A DNA stretch of 27,636 nt, from IMG/VR virus record IMGVR_UViG_3300025018_000468, positions 1 through 27,636 of that record. The stretch is one strand, 5' to 3'. This document shows positions 1 through 8,772 of this stretch, in pieces; position 1 is the first letter of the stretch, and every line of letters starts with the position of its first letter. Source of the DNA: a virus. Its lineage: Duplodnaviria; Caudoviricetes. Under the pieces are notes generated by a model. That model worked only from the letters and a program-made list of their open reading frames with translations, ran no database searches and had not been told where the DNA came from. The position numbers and the translations under genes were made by a program.

Positions 1-1
1 G

Positions 2-535
2 GCCGCGGCGCAGGTCTGCTACGGGGTGCAGTGCGACCTGCCCAACTACGCGGCCTACGAGATCTCGAAGCTGCCCGAGATGTTCTGGCGCAGTTTTGTG
101 TGGCACGGCGAGCTGCTCCGGGAGCACCTGGTGCGGGACGATCTGGATCGGTCGCTGGTGCGGTCGCGGACGGTGACGCAGATGACCACAGCGCAGGTGC
201 GGGCGGCGGTCGAAGCGGAGCTGAAGAAGGTCGAGGCCGGCGGCGCGGAGGCGGCGCCGCCGGAGGGTCCGCGCGACGACGATCCGTTGGACCGCTCCCC
301 GCTACTCGACAAGCCGATGTACCAGGGCGAGCTGCCGCTGGAGTGGGGCGAGTTCCGGGATCGGTCGCGGGTGCTCCACGCGGTGGCGAAGGAGCTGAGC
401 GACGAACAGTTGGTCGAGGCGCTGCACCAGTTCGCCCCGGCGCATATCGCGGCGAGCAGCGCCTACCACGAGCTGGTGGCCGAGGCGAGGCGCCGGAAGC
501 TCGACAAGCGAGGGCTGATCGTCCTGCCCTCCTAG
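2..535 (+). CDS. Early phage protein of unknown function, 5'-truncated by the window edge
   Basis: Frame open from base 2 to TAG 533-535, GC3-rich codons, directly upstream of the transposase. Confidence 0.7.
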   Translation, partial: AAAQVCYGVQCDLPNYAAYEISKLPEMFWRSFVWHGELLREHLVRDDLDRSLVRSRTVTQMTTAQVRAAVEAELKKVEAGGAEAAPPEGPRDDDPLDRSPLLDKPMYQGELPLEWGEFRDRSRVLHAVAKELSDEQLVEALHQFAPAHIAASSAYHELVAEARRRKLDKRGLIVLPS

Positions 536-546
536 CACGGACAGGT

Positions 547-576
547 CGTAGGGGCACGGCAGGCCGTGCCCCTACG
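547..576. repeat. GTAG-type REP-like palindrome (family C)
   Basis: cgtaggggcacggc-ag-gccgtgcccctacg, perfect 14-bp arms, immediately followed by the GGAGAG RBS of the transposase. Confidence 0.9.
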
Positions 577-586
577 GGAGAGCGCG

Positions 587-2371
587 ATGGAGCGACAGAA
601 ACGGCAGGGGCCGGAAGCCGCCAAGCAGCAGGCGGCTTGGGAAGACGCGTTCCGGCGGATCATCGCGGCCGAGCCGGGTCCCGAGCGGATGCGGATGAAG
701 GAGGCGATCGCGGCCGAGTTCGGCTGCGGCGTGTCGAACGTCTCGAACCGCTTCACCGCGTATCTGAAATGGGGCGAGAAGGCCGCGGCGCGCAAGGAGC
801 GCAAAGACGCGGGGCAGCCCCGGGGCGGTGACGACACCGCGGCGATGAAGATCAAGTGGCAGTGGTACTGCCAACACCCGGACTATCAGCCGCTGAGGAC
901 CGCGCGGCTGCTGCCGATCTTCGTGGAGGACTGGTGCGCGCCGCGAGGTCTGACGCCGCGGCATTACGCGACGATGCAGAAGTGGCGCCGGGAGGTTGAC
1001 GAGCGGCACGGCATGACGGACAAGGAAGCGAAGCGGTCCTCGACCAGCAAGCACAGGCTGCAGGCGAAGTACAGCAACCAGGTCTGGATCGCGGACCAGC
1101 GGACGGCCGACGTGTTCGTGAGGGAGCCGGACGAGATCGACAAGGAGACCGGGGAGATCCTGACGTGGCGGGAGTACCGGCCCTACAAGTTCACCTTCAT
1201 GGACGTCAAGAGCGGCTGCCCGATGGGCGGCGGCTACTACCGCGCCTACGACACCGCGACGGTGGAGGCGGCGCTGATCGACAGCATCTACCCCGACCCG
1301 GCGTACGACTTGCCGATGTGCGGCGTGCCCGAGGGGATCTGGTGGGACAAGGGCCGGCAGCACTGGTCGAAGTGGGCGCTGGGCTCGACCGAGTCGCTGG
1401 GCATCAAGCTGCACGGTAAGAAGTCGGCGGGGGGCGAGCCGACGCACCACGGGCTGATCGAGGGCTGGCACCACATTCTGCTGGACGAGTTCGAGGCCGG
1501 GCTGCCGGGCTACTGCGGCAGCGACGGCAAGGAGGAGAACCAGCCGCTGGCGTTGCGCCTGGTCCACGACGGCGAGGCCAAGCCGGCCGAGTTGTTGACC
1601 CTCGGAGAGCTGAACGACCTGCACCGCCGGTGGTTGCCGCAGTTCATCCGACAACCCTGCAAGCGCCACGGGTCGGATGATCGGGCGAGCCGGCTGGTCC
1701 GCTGGCAGCGGGAGATGACGAAGCCCGCGCTGCGGGACGTGCCGAGCCGCGCGGAGCTGGGCTGGGCCTTCATGCACAAGGACACCCGGCAGGTGAGCGG
1801 CGAGGGCCACATCATCTGGAACCACCGCGCGTACACCCATCCCCGGCTGGCCGACTTCGGCGGCTGCGAGATGGAGGTCCGCTATCTCGACGGCTGGACC
1901 GGCGCGCTCTGGGTCGTGCTCCCGGAGACCGACCAACTGGTGTGCATCGCGGAGCCGTTGCCGGACGTGTTCGTCGGCGACAACGAGACGGTGAAGCACG
2001 TCGCGCGGGCCCACAAGGCGGGCCGGGAGCGCGTGAAGGACCTGAAGCGGACGCGGCAACGGGTCGCGTCGCTGGCGGAGCACGGCTTGATCAGCGACGA
2101 GGCGGCGGCGGCGGCGGACGTGGGTCTGCGCGAGGCCGAGGAGGCGATCAAGCCCGGTCGCACGGTCCAGGTGGACGTCGAGCAGGTCATGGCGCCGCCC
2201 AAGCCGGCGCTGGCCGCGGTGGCGGAGCTGCACCCACGGCCGGGCAAACGGCGGCTGACGCAAGAGCCGGACACGGTAGCGGCGGAGGCACTGGCGGGGT
2301 TTGTGATGGCGAGCACGGAGCGGGAGAGCGCGCGGCCTGACAACGACGAGGGCTTAGGCCTCTGGAAGTGA
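587..2371 (+). CDS. Mu-like DDE transposase (MuA-like)
   Basis: Catalytic-triad contexts NQVWIAD, GVPEGIWWDKG and GLIEGWH; C-terminal beta region (TRQVSGEGHIIWNHRAY...EVRY) like the Mu transposase C domain; GGAGAG RBS before ATG 587. Confidence 0.9.
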   Translation: MERQKRQGPEAAKQQAAWEDAFRRIIAAEPGPERMRMKEAIAAEFGCGVSNVSNRFTAYLKWGEKAAARKERKDAGQPRGGDDTAAMKIKWQWYCQHPDYQPLRTARLLPIFVEDWCAPRGLTPRHYATMQKWRREVDERHGMTDKEAKRSSTSKHRLQAKYSNQVWIADQRTADVFVREPDEIDKETGEILTWREYRPYKFTFMDVKSGCPMGGGYYRAYDTATVEAALIDSIYPDPAYDLPMCGVPEGIWWDKGRQHWSKWALGSTESLGIKLHGKKSAGGEPTHHGLIEGWHHILLDEFEAGLPGYCGSDGKEENQPLALRLVHDGEAKPAELLTLGELNDLHRRWLPQFIRQPCKRHGSDDRASRLVRWQREMTKPALRDVPSRAELGWAFMHKDTRQVSGEGHIIWNHRAYTHPRLADFGGCEMEVRYLDGWTGALWVVLPETDQLVCIAEPLPDVFVGDNETVKHVARAHKAGRERVKDLKRTRQRVASLAEHGLISDEAAAAADVGLREAEEAIKPGRTVQVDVEQVMAPPKPALAAVAELHPRPGKRRLTQEPDTVAAEALAGFVMASTERESARPDNDEGLGLWK

Positions 2372-2379
2372 GGAGAGAC

Positions 2380-3117
2380 ATGCGAGTTTTCGAGACCGAG
2401 GGACTGCGGCAGGTGACCGGCGTGTTACGCGCCGCGCCGTCGATGGGGCGGCTGGTGGTGGTCTGCGGGCAGAACGGCTGGGGCAAGAGCGAGGCGGTCG
2501 ACCGCGCGCCGGCGCGCGATGAGGCGCTGGCGACGCGACTGGCGACGGTGCGGCTGGAGCCGTACGCGAACAGCGGCCGCGGGTTCTGGGGCTGCATCGC
2601 GTGGGGGCTGGGCGTGGTCGTCGGCCGGTCCGACGGCGCGGCGGACCTGGCGCGGCAGGTGGCGATGCGGCTGGAGCAGACCGAGCAGATGCTGGTGCTG
2701 GACCACGCCGAGCACCTGCGTCCGAGCAGCCTGGCGTACCTGCGCCACGCGATCGACCTGTTGGGCAACCTGGTGGTGGTGGGCAGCCTGGGGCTGCAGG
2801 CGACGATGGCGCCCGACGACGCGCTGTCGGCGCGGCTGCGGTACCGGTTCGACATGCCGAAGGTGGACGAAGCGGAGCTGCACAAGGCGCTGGGCGGCGA
2901 GTTCTGCGCCGACTGGATCAGCGAGGCCCACCGCGCTGGCTGGGGCGCGCCGGACCCGCGGGTGGTGGACCAGCGGGCGAGCTACGGCTGGAACACGGTG
3001 TGGGGGATGGTCGAAAGCGAGCGGATGCGGAGCCTGGTGCGGCAACGGCCGACCACGGACGCGACGGCTGACGACGCGCGGCGGGTGCTGAAGACGCTGA
3101 GTGCGCGGGCGGCGTAG
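2380..3117 (+). CDS. AAA+ transposition ATPase (MuB-like)
   Basis: Walker A GQNGWGKS, Walker B-like MLVLDHAEHL, directly after the transposase; AGGAG RBS before ATG 2380. Confidence 0.85.
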   Translation: MRVFETEGLRQVTGVLRAAPSMGRLVVVCGQNGWGKSEAVDRAPARDEALATRLATVRLEPYANSGRGFWGCIAWGLGVVVGRSDGAADLARQVAMRLEQTEQMLVLDHAEHLRPSSLAYLRHAIDLLGNLVVVGSLGLQATMAPDDALSARLRYRFDMPKVDEAELHKALGGEFCADWISEAHRAGWGAPDPRVVDQRASYGWNTVWGMVESERMRSLVRQRPTTDATADDARRVLKTLSARAA

Positions 3118-3159
3118 ACCTCACCCCCTAGCCCCCTCTCCGCACGCGGAGAGGGGGGA
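3118..3159 (+). repeat. REP-like hairpin (family D, CCTCACCCC...CCCTCTCC/GGAGAGGG)
   Basis: ccccctctccgc-ac-gcggagaggggg hairpin preceded by acctcaccccc; related copies at 10288-10331 and 13889-13926. Confidence 0.85.
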
Positions 3160-3171
3160 TTGGAGAGCGAC

Positions 3172-3459
3172 ATGGTGACGGACGAGCAATGGGAGCAGTG
3201 GGCCGTAGAGGGGGCAGATCTATACATTGCCCTGAGTTTGCCCGAGGAAGCGATTGACGATCTGCTGGCCGAACTGGCCGAAGCGGTAGACAGGATGGAC
3301 GTGGCCTACGCGGCCACCTGGCCTGGGCATCAACTGGCGTTGGCGCTGTCGGCCGCTGTCCAACTGAAACTGACCCTCGACGAAGCTGGGCGGCTCTTGG
3401 CGATGTTGCGCGCGCACCTCGGACCGCCCGAGGACGACGAAGACGAGGACGGCGAGTAG
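3172..3459 (+). CDS. Small acidic hypothetical protein
   Basis: GGAGAG RBS before ATG 3172; fills the operon gap; acidic C-terminus. Confidence 0.65.
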   Translation: MVTDEQWEQWAVEGADLYIALSLPEEAIDDLLAELAEAVDRMDVAYAATWPGHQLALALSAAVQLKLTLDEAGRLLAMLRAHLGPPEDDEDEDGE

Positions 3460-3462
3460 CCC

Positions 3463-3912
3463 ATGCCCGCCCTTGAGCACCACACCCCCGAACCGTTGCG
3501 CGTGGCCCTGGCAGGTCTGTTCACGACCCGCTGCCAGGGCCGGGAGCAGGCCATGACGCTGGCGCAGCTCTGCGCCCGGGTCGACATCGGGCGGTGGCCG
3601 GGGCGGACGGTGCGGGAGGCGATTGCGGAGCTGGTGGTGATCGACGGGCTGCCGATCTGCGGGGACAGCGGCTGCGGGTATTACCTCGCGACGACGGCCG
3701 AGGAACGGCTGGCGCAGTGCCGGGAACTGGCGCGGCGGATACGGAGCCTGGGGCGGCGGATGCGGATCTTCGCCGGCCGGGCGGGCGAGCGGACTTCGGG
3801 GCAGATGAGCCTCGATTACACGATGACGCCGGAAGAGATCGCGTCGGAGCAGGCTTGGTTGGAGGGCGTGCTGGAGGCGATCGGGGCTGACGGAGGCGGA
3901 GCCGAGCCGTGA
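3463..3912 (+). CDS. Putative winged-HTH DNA-binding protein
   Basis: GREQAMTLAQL...RTVREAIAELV..GLPIC....GYYLA pattern typical of small phage wHTH proteins. Confidence 0.65.
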   Translation: MPALEHHTPEPLRVALAGLFTTRCQGREQAMTLAQLCARVDIGRWPGRTVREAIAELVVIDGLPICGDSGCGYYLATTAEERLAQCRELARRIRSLGRRMRIFAGRAGERTSGQMSLDYTMTPEEIASEQAWLEGVLEAIGADGGGAEP

Positions 3913-3952
3913 ACGGCCGGCTGGATAGGGCAAAGGCCGCCTGCGCGGCCTG
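3901..3952 (+). repeat. 52-bp double-hairpin repeat (family B), copy 1
   Basis: gccgagccgtgaacggccggctgg...aaggccgcctgcgcggcctg; copies at 10701-10776 and 16964-17015; supplies the TGA stop of 3463..3912. Confidence 0.85.
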
Positions 3953-3968
3953 AGTACAGGAGACGAGG

Positions 3969-4490
3969 ATGGCACAGACGGGCTATTTCGACGAGGACTA
4001 CGAGGGCCTCAAGGACATGTTGGCGCGGGCGTATGGGCTGGGCGCGAAGGAGATCGAGACGGAGGTGCTGGGCGACGCGCCGGCGCTGGGGCCGCTGCCC
4101 GCGGGTGTGCGAGCCCGAGCGATTCTGGTGCGGGCCGACGGCGTGGTGATCAAGCGCACCGGGACGGCGCGGTTGGGCGACGCGCGGGTCACGGAGCCGC
4201 TGCCGGCGGCCGAGGACATCGACGTGGAGGACCGGGCGCAGCGCCGGGCGGCTCGGGCGGCGATCCGGTTCGCGTACCCGGACAAGGACGAGGAAGGCCA
4301 GCCGCCGCATGTGAAGCTGGCCCAGGCCTACGTTCGCCGGGCGGCGCCGCGGTTCCACCTGTCCCGTGACGAACTGGCGGCGGTGGTCCACGAGCGGTAC
4401 GGCGTGGCGAGCCTGAACGACGTGACGCCGGAGCAGACCGACGCGATCGTGGAGTGGCTGGAAGAGTACGTCAGCGGGGACGAGGGATGA
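3969..4490 (+). CDS. Hypothetical protein; C-terminus resembles Mu gp16/GemA (DUF1018) family
   Basis: GAGG RBS; C-terminal LSRDELAAVVHERYGVASLNDVTPEQTDAIVEWL resembles the GemA-like helical motif; position matches the Mu early/middle region. Confidence 0.5.
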   Translation: MAQTGYFDEDYEGLKDMLARAYGLGAKEIETEVLGDAPALGPLPAGVRARAILVRADGVVIKRTGTARLGDARVTEPLPAAEDIDVEDRAQRRAARAAIRFAYPDKDEEGQPPHVKLAQAYVRRAAPRFHLSRDELAAVVHERYGVASLNDVTPEQTDAIVEWLEEYVSGDEG

Positions 4491-4855
4491 CAACGGAGCG
4501 GGCCGACATGCTGGTGTTGTTGGCCCTGCTCCTGGTATTCGCGTGTTGCGCGGAACTTCCGCAGCGAGCTGCGGGCTGGGAGGTTGGCATGGGTCGGGCG
4601 GGTGGTGAGCGGGCGGCGATCGAGGGCGGCCTGACGCTGCGGCAGGTTGCCGAGCAGCTATCGGCCCGGCTCGGGTTCGAGGTGACGCCGCAGCAGGTGC
4701 ATTATCTGGCGAAGCGGAAGGGCGCGGTGACGGTCGGCCGGACGGCGATCACCGTGCCGCGGACGGTGGAAGTGGACGCGATCGCCCCGGGCGATCTGGA
4801 CACGCTGGAAGCGGCGGCGCGAGTGGCCCTTCGACTGGCTCAGGACATGCCTTGA
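4487..4855 (+). CDS. Putative HTH regulator (possible late-gene regulator); alternative start at 4589
   Basis: ATGA overlap with the upstream stop; LTLRQVAEQLSARLGFEVTPQQVHYLAKR looks like an HTH; last gene before the lysis promoter, where Mu C/Mor-type regulators lie. Confidence 0.55.
   Translation: MTTERADMLVLLALLLVFACCAELPQRAAGWEVGMGRAGGERAAIEGGLTLRQVAEQLSARLGFEVTPQQVHYLAKRKGAVTVGRTAITVPRTVEVDAIAPGDLDTLEAAARVALRLAQDMP
4826..4851 (+). repeat. Micro-insert family A, copy 1 (23 nt)
   Basis: gcc-cttcgactggctcaggacat-gcc. Confidence 0.8.
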
Positions 4856-4880
4856 CGACCGGCGGCGACTAGGCTAGGCT
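4852..4880 (+). promoter_or_regulatory. Sigma70-type promoter of the lysis/packaging operon
   Basis: TTGACG-17 bp-TAGGCT, upstream of the duplicated hairpin leader. Confidence 0.65.
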
Positions 4881-4888
4881 GAGGGCGT

Positions 4889-4943
4889 GCTGCGCGAAGG
4901 GCGCGGCGGTACCGTAAGGTGCTGCCGCGCCCTTCGTCGTTTT
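4889..4943 (+). promoter_or_regulatory. Conserved leader hairpin/attenuator-like element, copy 1
   Basis: 19-bp stem 4895-4936 with two G-U pairs and a GUAA loop, followed by UCGUUUU; 51/53 nt identical to 13312-13364. Confidence 0.8.
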
Positions 4944-5006
4944 GGGCCGGCGGCCCTCGTGGCGGTCAGGGCGCGCCGTTGGCAGCGCCCCTACGGGAGG
5001 ATCGAC

Positions 5007-5255
5007 ATGCCGATGACCTGGGGCGATGTGGCGGGGCGGGCGTATCCCGACGTGGTGACCGTCAAGCAGGTGTTGTTCGAGAAGAAGATCCTGTTCTTCC
5101 GTCTGACCATCGTGCTGGCCCTGGTGGTCGCCGAGATCGACGGCAAGATTTGCGGTTACGCCAGCGAGGCCAACCAGCCCGTCGGCTCGCCGATGGTGGT
5201 GGCCTTCGGCCCGGCGGCGGCCCGCCAGGAGCTGTCCCGGCGGATCGGGATCTAG
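5007..5255 (+). CDS. Hypothetical protein, first gene of the late operon (82 aa)
   Basis: GGGAGG RBS at 4995-5000, ATG 5007; one hydrophobic stretch. Confidence 0.7.
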   Translation: MPMTWGDVAGRAYPDVVTVKQVLFEKKILFFRLTIVLALVVAEIDGKICGYASEANQPVGSPMVVAFGPAAARQELSRRIGI

Positions 5256-5260
5256 CCGTT

Positions 5261-5325
5261 GGTTGCAGGTTGCGGGTTGCAGGTTAGAACGGCCGTTGGC
5301 AACCCGCAACCATTAACCCGCAACC
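5261..5325. repeat. Inverted heptamer-array hairpin (family E), copy 1
   Basis: (GGTTGCR)n ... (GCAACCY)n; intergenic, followed by GGGAG RBS. Confidence 0.85.
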
Positions 5326-5336
5326 GGGAGTTCGCG

Positions 5337-5987
5337 ATGACCTGGTCGGCGATCGGGGCGATCTGGAAGAACTGGGTGCTGGCGGTGGCCAGCGCACTCG
5401 GCGTGGCGCTGACGCAGTACTGGAACGGCGCGCCGAACCTGCTGCGGATCGCGGCGTATACGCTCGGACCGCTGCTGGTGATCGAGGCGCTGTCGGCGTC
5501 GTGGATGCAGAAGGCGGCGCGACGGAAAATGGCGGCGCTGGGGCTGGAGCTGCCGACCGACGTGCGGATTCTGCCCGCCGCCATCATGGACGCTCAGGAG
5601 GAGTGCAACGCCGCTCTGCGACAGCGGTACGGCGTGGAGGTCTACCCCGGCGACACCTGGCACCGGGCCGGATTGCGGTTCGGCATGACGTTCCTGCTGA
5701 TCTGCCTGGCCGGCGCCGTGGACATGATCCTCGGCACCCGGCACATGACGGTCTTGTGGGTGCTGTTGTGGGGCACCAGCGGACACGCACGGGGGACGCT
5801 GCGACACCTGGAGGTGATCGCGAAGCTGGCCCACATGAAGCTGCCGATCTTCCCTGATGACCGGATGGAGCGGCTGAACGCGTTGACGCCGCCGGAGGCC
5901 GCGGCGGCGGCGGACGTTGCCCGCGCCGTTGGCAGCGCCCCGACGGTGGCGGACGGTAGTGGCGCCGCGCCGACTGTTGAGGAGTGA
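5337..5987 (+). CDS. Holin-like multi-pass membrane protein
   Basis: About 4 hydrophobic segments; upstream of the peptidoglycan hydrolase. Confidence 0.6.
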   Translation: MTWSAIGAIWKNWVLAVASALGVALTQYWNGAPNLLRIAAYTLGPLLVIEALSASWMQKAARRKMAALGLELPTDVRILPAAIMDAQEECNAALRQRYGVEVYPGDTWHRAGLRFGMTFLLICLAGAVDMILGTRHMTVLWVLLWGTSGHARGTLRHLEVIAKLAHMKLPIFPDDRMERLNALTPPEAAAAADVARAVGSAPTVADGSGAAPTVEE

Positions 5988-5988
5988 C

Positions 5989-6081
5989 ATGGTGGTACCC
6001 GTGGCGACGCTGCGGCGGTCGCGGTTGCTGCCGGTGCTGGTGGCGCTGGCCTACGCCTACGTTTTGTGGCGCTGGAGGTAG
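5989..6081 (+). CDS. 30-aa cationic single-TM peptide (absent from the ORF track)
   Basis: GAGGAG RBS; MVVPVATLRRSRLLPVLVALAYAYVLWRWR; exactly fills the gap between the holin stop and endolysin start. Confidence 0.6.
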   Translation: MVVPVATLRRSRLLPVLVALAYAYVLWRWR

Positions 6082-6083
6082 TT

Positions 6084-6656
6084 ATGAATCGCAGTTTGGC
6101 AACGCTGGCGACGCGGCGCGCGGCGGACGGGATCGGGCCGCAGCAGGGCAAGATGTGCCAGATGTGGGTACGCCTGACGGTCCAGGCGTTGTATGGGTCG
6201 CGTTGGGACACGTGGCTCTGGAAGCCGTCGGCGCGGGCGGCCGGGCTGGCGTTCGAGCGGGCGTTCCGGGGCGGCGAGATGTCCCGCGGGTTGCCCGAGG
6301 GCGTCGAGGTGCTCCGGACCAGCCATGTGGGCGATACCCGGCTCGGCGACATCCTGTACCGCACCGGCGGCTCCGATCCGTTCGGCCACGTGATGATCCG
6401 GGTGGAGGCGAACCGCGTCGCGGAGAACAGCACGACAGCGGTGGGCCGAACCCACGGCGCGGTCGGCTTCCGGCCGCTGGCCAGCGTGAAGTTCGACCTG
6501 GTGGTTCGGCTGCCGGACCCGGCGATCGAGCGCGCCGCGCCGTCGCCCCTGGAGCTGCTCGGGGAGTGCTACGCCGAGGCGGCGGGTGACACGGAGATGG
6601 TCGGGGCGCTGAACCGCTTCCGGTGGCATCCCGACGTCGCGGGCTGGCTGGAGTAG
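6084..6656 (+). CDS. Endolysin, CHAP/NlpC-P60-like Cys-His peptidase
   Basis: GKMCQMWVR (Cys), GDILY, FGHVMI (His), ENS; GGAGG RBS before ATG 6084. Confidence 0.7.
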   Translation: MNRSLATLATRRAADGIGPQQGKMCQMWVRLTVQALYGSRWDTWLWKPSARAAGLAFERAFRGGEMSRGLPEGVEVLRTSHVGDTRLGDILYRTGGSDPFGHVMIRVEANRVAENSTTAVGRTHGAVGFRPLASVKFDLVVRLPDPAIERAAPSPLELLGECYAEAAGDTEMVGALNRFRWHPDVAGWLE

Positions 6657-6659
6657 CCG

Positions 6660-7364
6660 ATGGCCAGCCTGCTCAGATCGCTGTACCAGAATCCGCTGCT
6701 GCCGACGCCGCACTGGCAGCCGCGGTGCGAGCTGTGCCGTCTGCGCTATGACAGCCCGGAGGATTACGCCTGGCTGACGCGCCAGTTGACCGGCATGGAG
6801 GATGGTGAGCGCCCCCTGACGCAAGCCCAGATGGCCGCCGAGTTGGAGTGCCGGACCGGCTTGAGCATCACCCAAGCGCAGATCAGCCGGCACAAGACCA
6901 AGCATCTCAACCCGAGCCTGCAGGACGCGATCGAGAGCATGACCGGCCACCTGGTGATGCTCGAACACTTCGCCGGTATGGACGAAGGCGAGATGGCGGT
7001 CGGCTACCTCAAGCTGGCGTTGGCGAAGACTGGGCAACTTCTCAGCGAGGCGGACAACGCGAAGGCGGCGGCGCCGCTGGCCAGCTCGCAGGCGTCCGTG
7101 GCGGCGGTCCTGCTCCGAGCCGAGGGTATCGAGGCGGACGCGGCGCTGAAGAAGGTCGAGGCGCGGCTGGCCACGCTACGGGAGGAAGAGGCGCAGATCG
7201 ACTACGAGGCCAAATTCGCGGCCTGGGTCCGAGCGCACTACCCGGACCTGGAGCCGCTGCTGGCCGATCCCGAGAAGCTGAAGGCGTTGCTGGCGGTGTT
7301 CAAGGGCAAGGCCCCTTCAACCGGCGCAGCAAGCTGCGCCCCTGGAGGCCCGCCCGATGCCTGA
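6660..7364 (+). CDS. Putative small terminase subunit (Mu gp27-like position)
   Basis: CxxC plus HTH-like ISRH segment and coiled coil; overlaps the large terminase start. Confidence 0.6.
   Translation: MASLLRSLYQNPLLPTPHWQPRCELCRLRYDSPEDYAWLTRQLTGMEDGERPLTQAQMAAELECRTGLSITQAQISRHKTKHLNPSLQDAIESMTGHLVMLEHFAGMDEGEMAVGYLKLALAKTGQLLSEADNAKAAAPLASSQASVAAVLLRAEGIEADAALKKVEARLATLREEEAQIDYEAKFAAWVRAHYPDLEPLLADPEKLKALLAVFKGKAPSTGAASCAPGGPPDA
7323..7340 (+). repeat. CAGCAAGCTG-core hairpin (family F)
   Basis: ggcgcagc-aa-gctgcgcc; related copies at 14544, 17600, 19891 and a degenerate one near 10460. Confidence 0.75.
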
Positions 7365-8772
7365 GCTGGACGCCGCAGTCTTCAGCCGCGTCCGGGCCAC
7401 GCGCGAGGCCGCGCGGCAGGTCGAGTGGAAGTTCGACCTGTACCCGGCGCAGCAGGAGATTGTCAAGGACCTGCACCGCCGGCGGATCGTCGCCTGCGGC
7501 CGGCGGTTCGGGAAGTCGTTCCTGGCCAGCCACGAAGCCGTCGACGAGGCGAACGCGGCGGAAGCGACCGTCATTCTGGCCGCGCCGACCTACAAGACGG
7601 CAAAGCTGGGCGTGTGGGCCTACCTGGTCAACAACCTGGAGCCCCGGTTCCGGAAGGTCCATGAAGGCGACCTGGTCCTCGAGCTGAAGGGCGGCGGCCG
7701 GGTGGTGGTCGGCAGTCTCGACCAGGCCGACAACCTGCGCGGTGCCGGCGCCGGGCTGTGCGGGATCATCATCGAGGAGGCCGCGATGGTGCCGGACTAT
7801 CCGGTGCAGAACGTGCTGCTCCCGATGCTGCTGGACTGCAAAGGCTGGCTGCTGGCGATTTCGACCCCGAAGGGCCGGAGCGGCTGGTTCTACCGCTACG
7901 CGCTGCGGGGGATGTCGGACGATCCGAAGGATGCCGCCTACCGCACCTGGCAGATGCCGACCTGGATCAACCCGACCCTGCCCGACATCGACGAACAGAT
8001 CGACGAGATGCGGAACGAGATGCCGGAGGCCGTGTTCCGCCAGGAGATCGGCGCCGAGTTCACCGACAACGTCGGGGCCGTGTTCCGTGACGTCCAGCTC
8101 GCGGAGCTGGCGGAGCGCCAGGTCGACAAGAAGGGCATGCCGCGGCTGATCGCCGGCGCCGACTATTTCATGGGCATCGACTTCGCGCGGTCGGGCGCTG
8201 ACTACACCTTCCCGATCGTGCTGATGAAGCTGCCCAACAACGACTTGCGGCTGGTGTGGATGGACCGCTGGGGGCGGATCTCCGACGAGGAACAGATCGA
8301 CCGCCTGGCGGCGATCCTGCTCCACTTCCGGCCGCGCCGGACGCTGGCCGAGGCGAACAGTTTCGGGGCGGTGTACTGCTCCTGGATGCAGAGCAAGTAC
8401 AGCATCGAGGTCGAGCTGTTCGACACGAGCGGGGCGTCGAAGGGCCCGTTGGTGATGCAGGCGGCGGCCGCGTTCGAGTTCCACCGCGTGGAGATCTGGC
8501 CGAGCACCGATCCGCTGGGCGGCGTGCTGGTCAACGAGCTACTGAGCTACGAGCGGGGCGTGACCAGCCACGGCAACCCGACCTATTCGGCGCCGCAGGG
8601 CTATCACGACGACGGCGTGATGGCGCTCGCGATGGCGATCCGGGCGGCCGAGGGCGAGCCGGACGGGTCGGAGATCTCGGACAGCTTTGAGCAAGACCTC
8701 GAACAGTACCTCGTGCGGGACACGAATATCGGGCGTCCGGGGCTGTTGAAACGGTTGTTGGGAGGTCGCTGA
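7357..8772 (+). CDS. terL: Terminase large subunit
   Basis: Walker A CGRRFGKS, Walker B IIIEEAA, ISTP motif, nuclease MGIDFA and HDDGVMALA. Confidence 0.95.
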   Translation: MPELDAAVFSRVRATREAARQVEWKFDLYPAQQEIVKDLHRRRIVACGRRFGKSFLASHEAVDEANAAEATVILAAPTYKTAKLGVWAYLVNNLEPRFRKVHEGDLVLELKGGGRVVVGSLDQADNLRGAGAGLCGIIIEEAAMVPDYPVQNVLLPMLLDCKGWLLAISTPKGRSGWFYRYALRGMSDDPKDAAYRTWQMPTWINPTLPDIDEQIDEMRNEMPEAVFRQEIGAEFTDNVGAVFRDVQLAELAERQVDKKGMPRLIAGADYFMGIDFARSGADYTFPIVLMKLPNNDLRLVWMDRWGRISDEEQIDRLAAILLHFRPRRTLAEANSFGAVYCSWMQSKYSIEVELFDTSGASKGPLVMQAAAAFEFHRVEIWPSTDPLGGVLVNELLSYERGVTSHGNPTYSAPQGYHDDGVMALAMAIRAAEGEPDGSEISDSFEQDLEQYLVRDTNIGRPGLLKRLLGGR

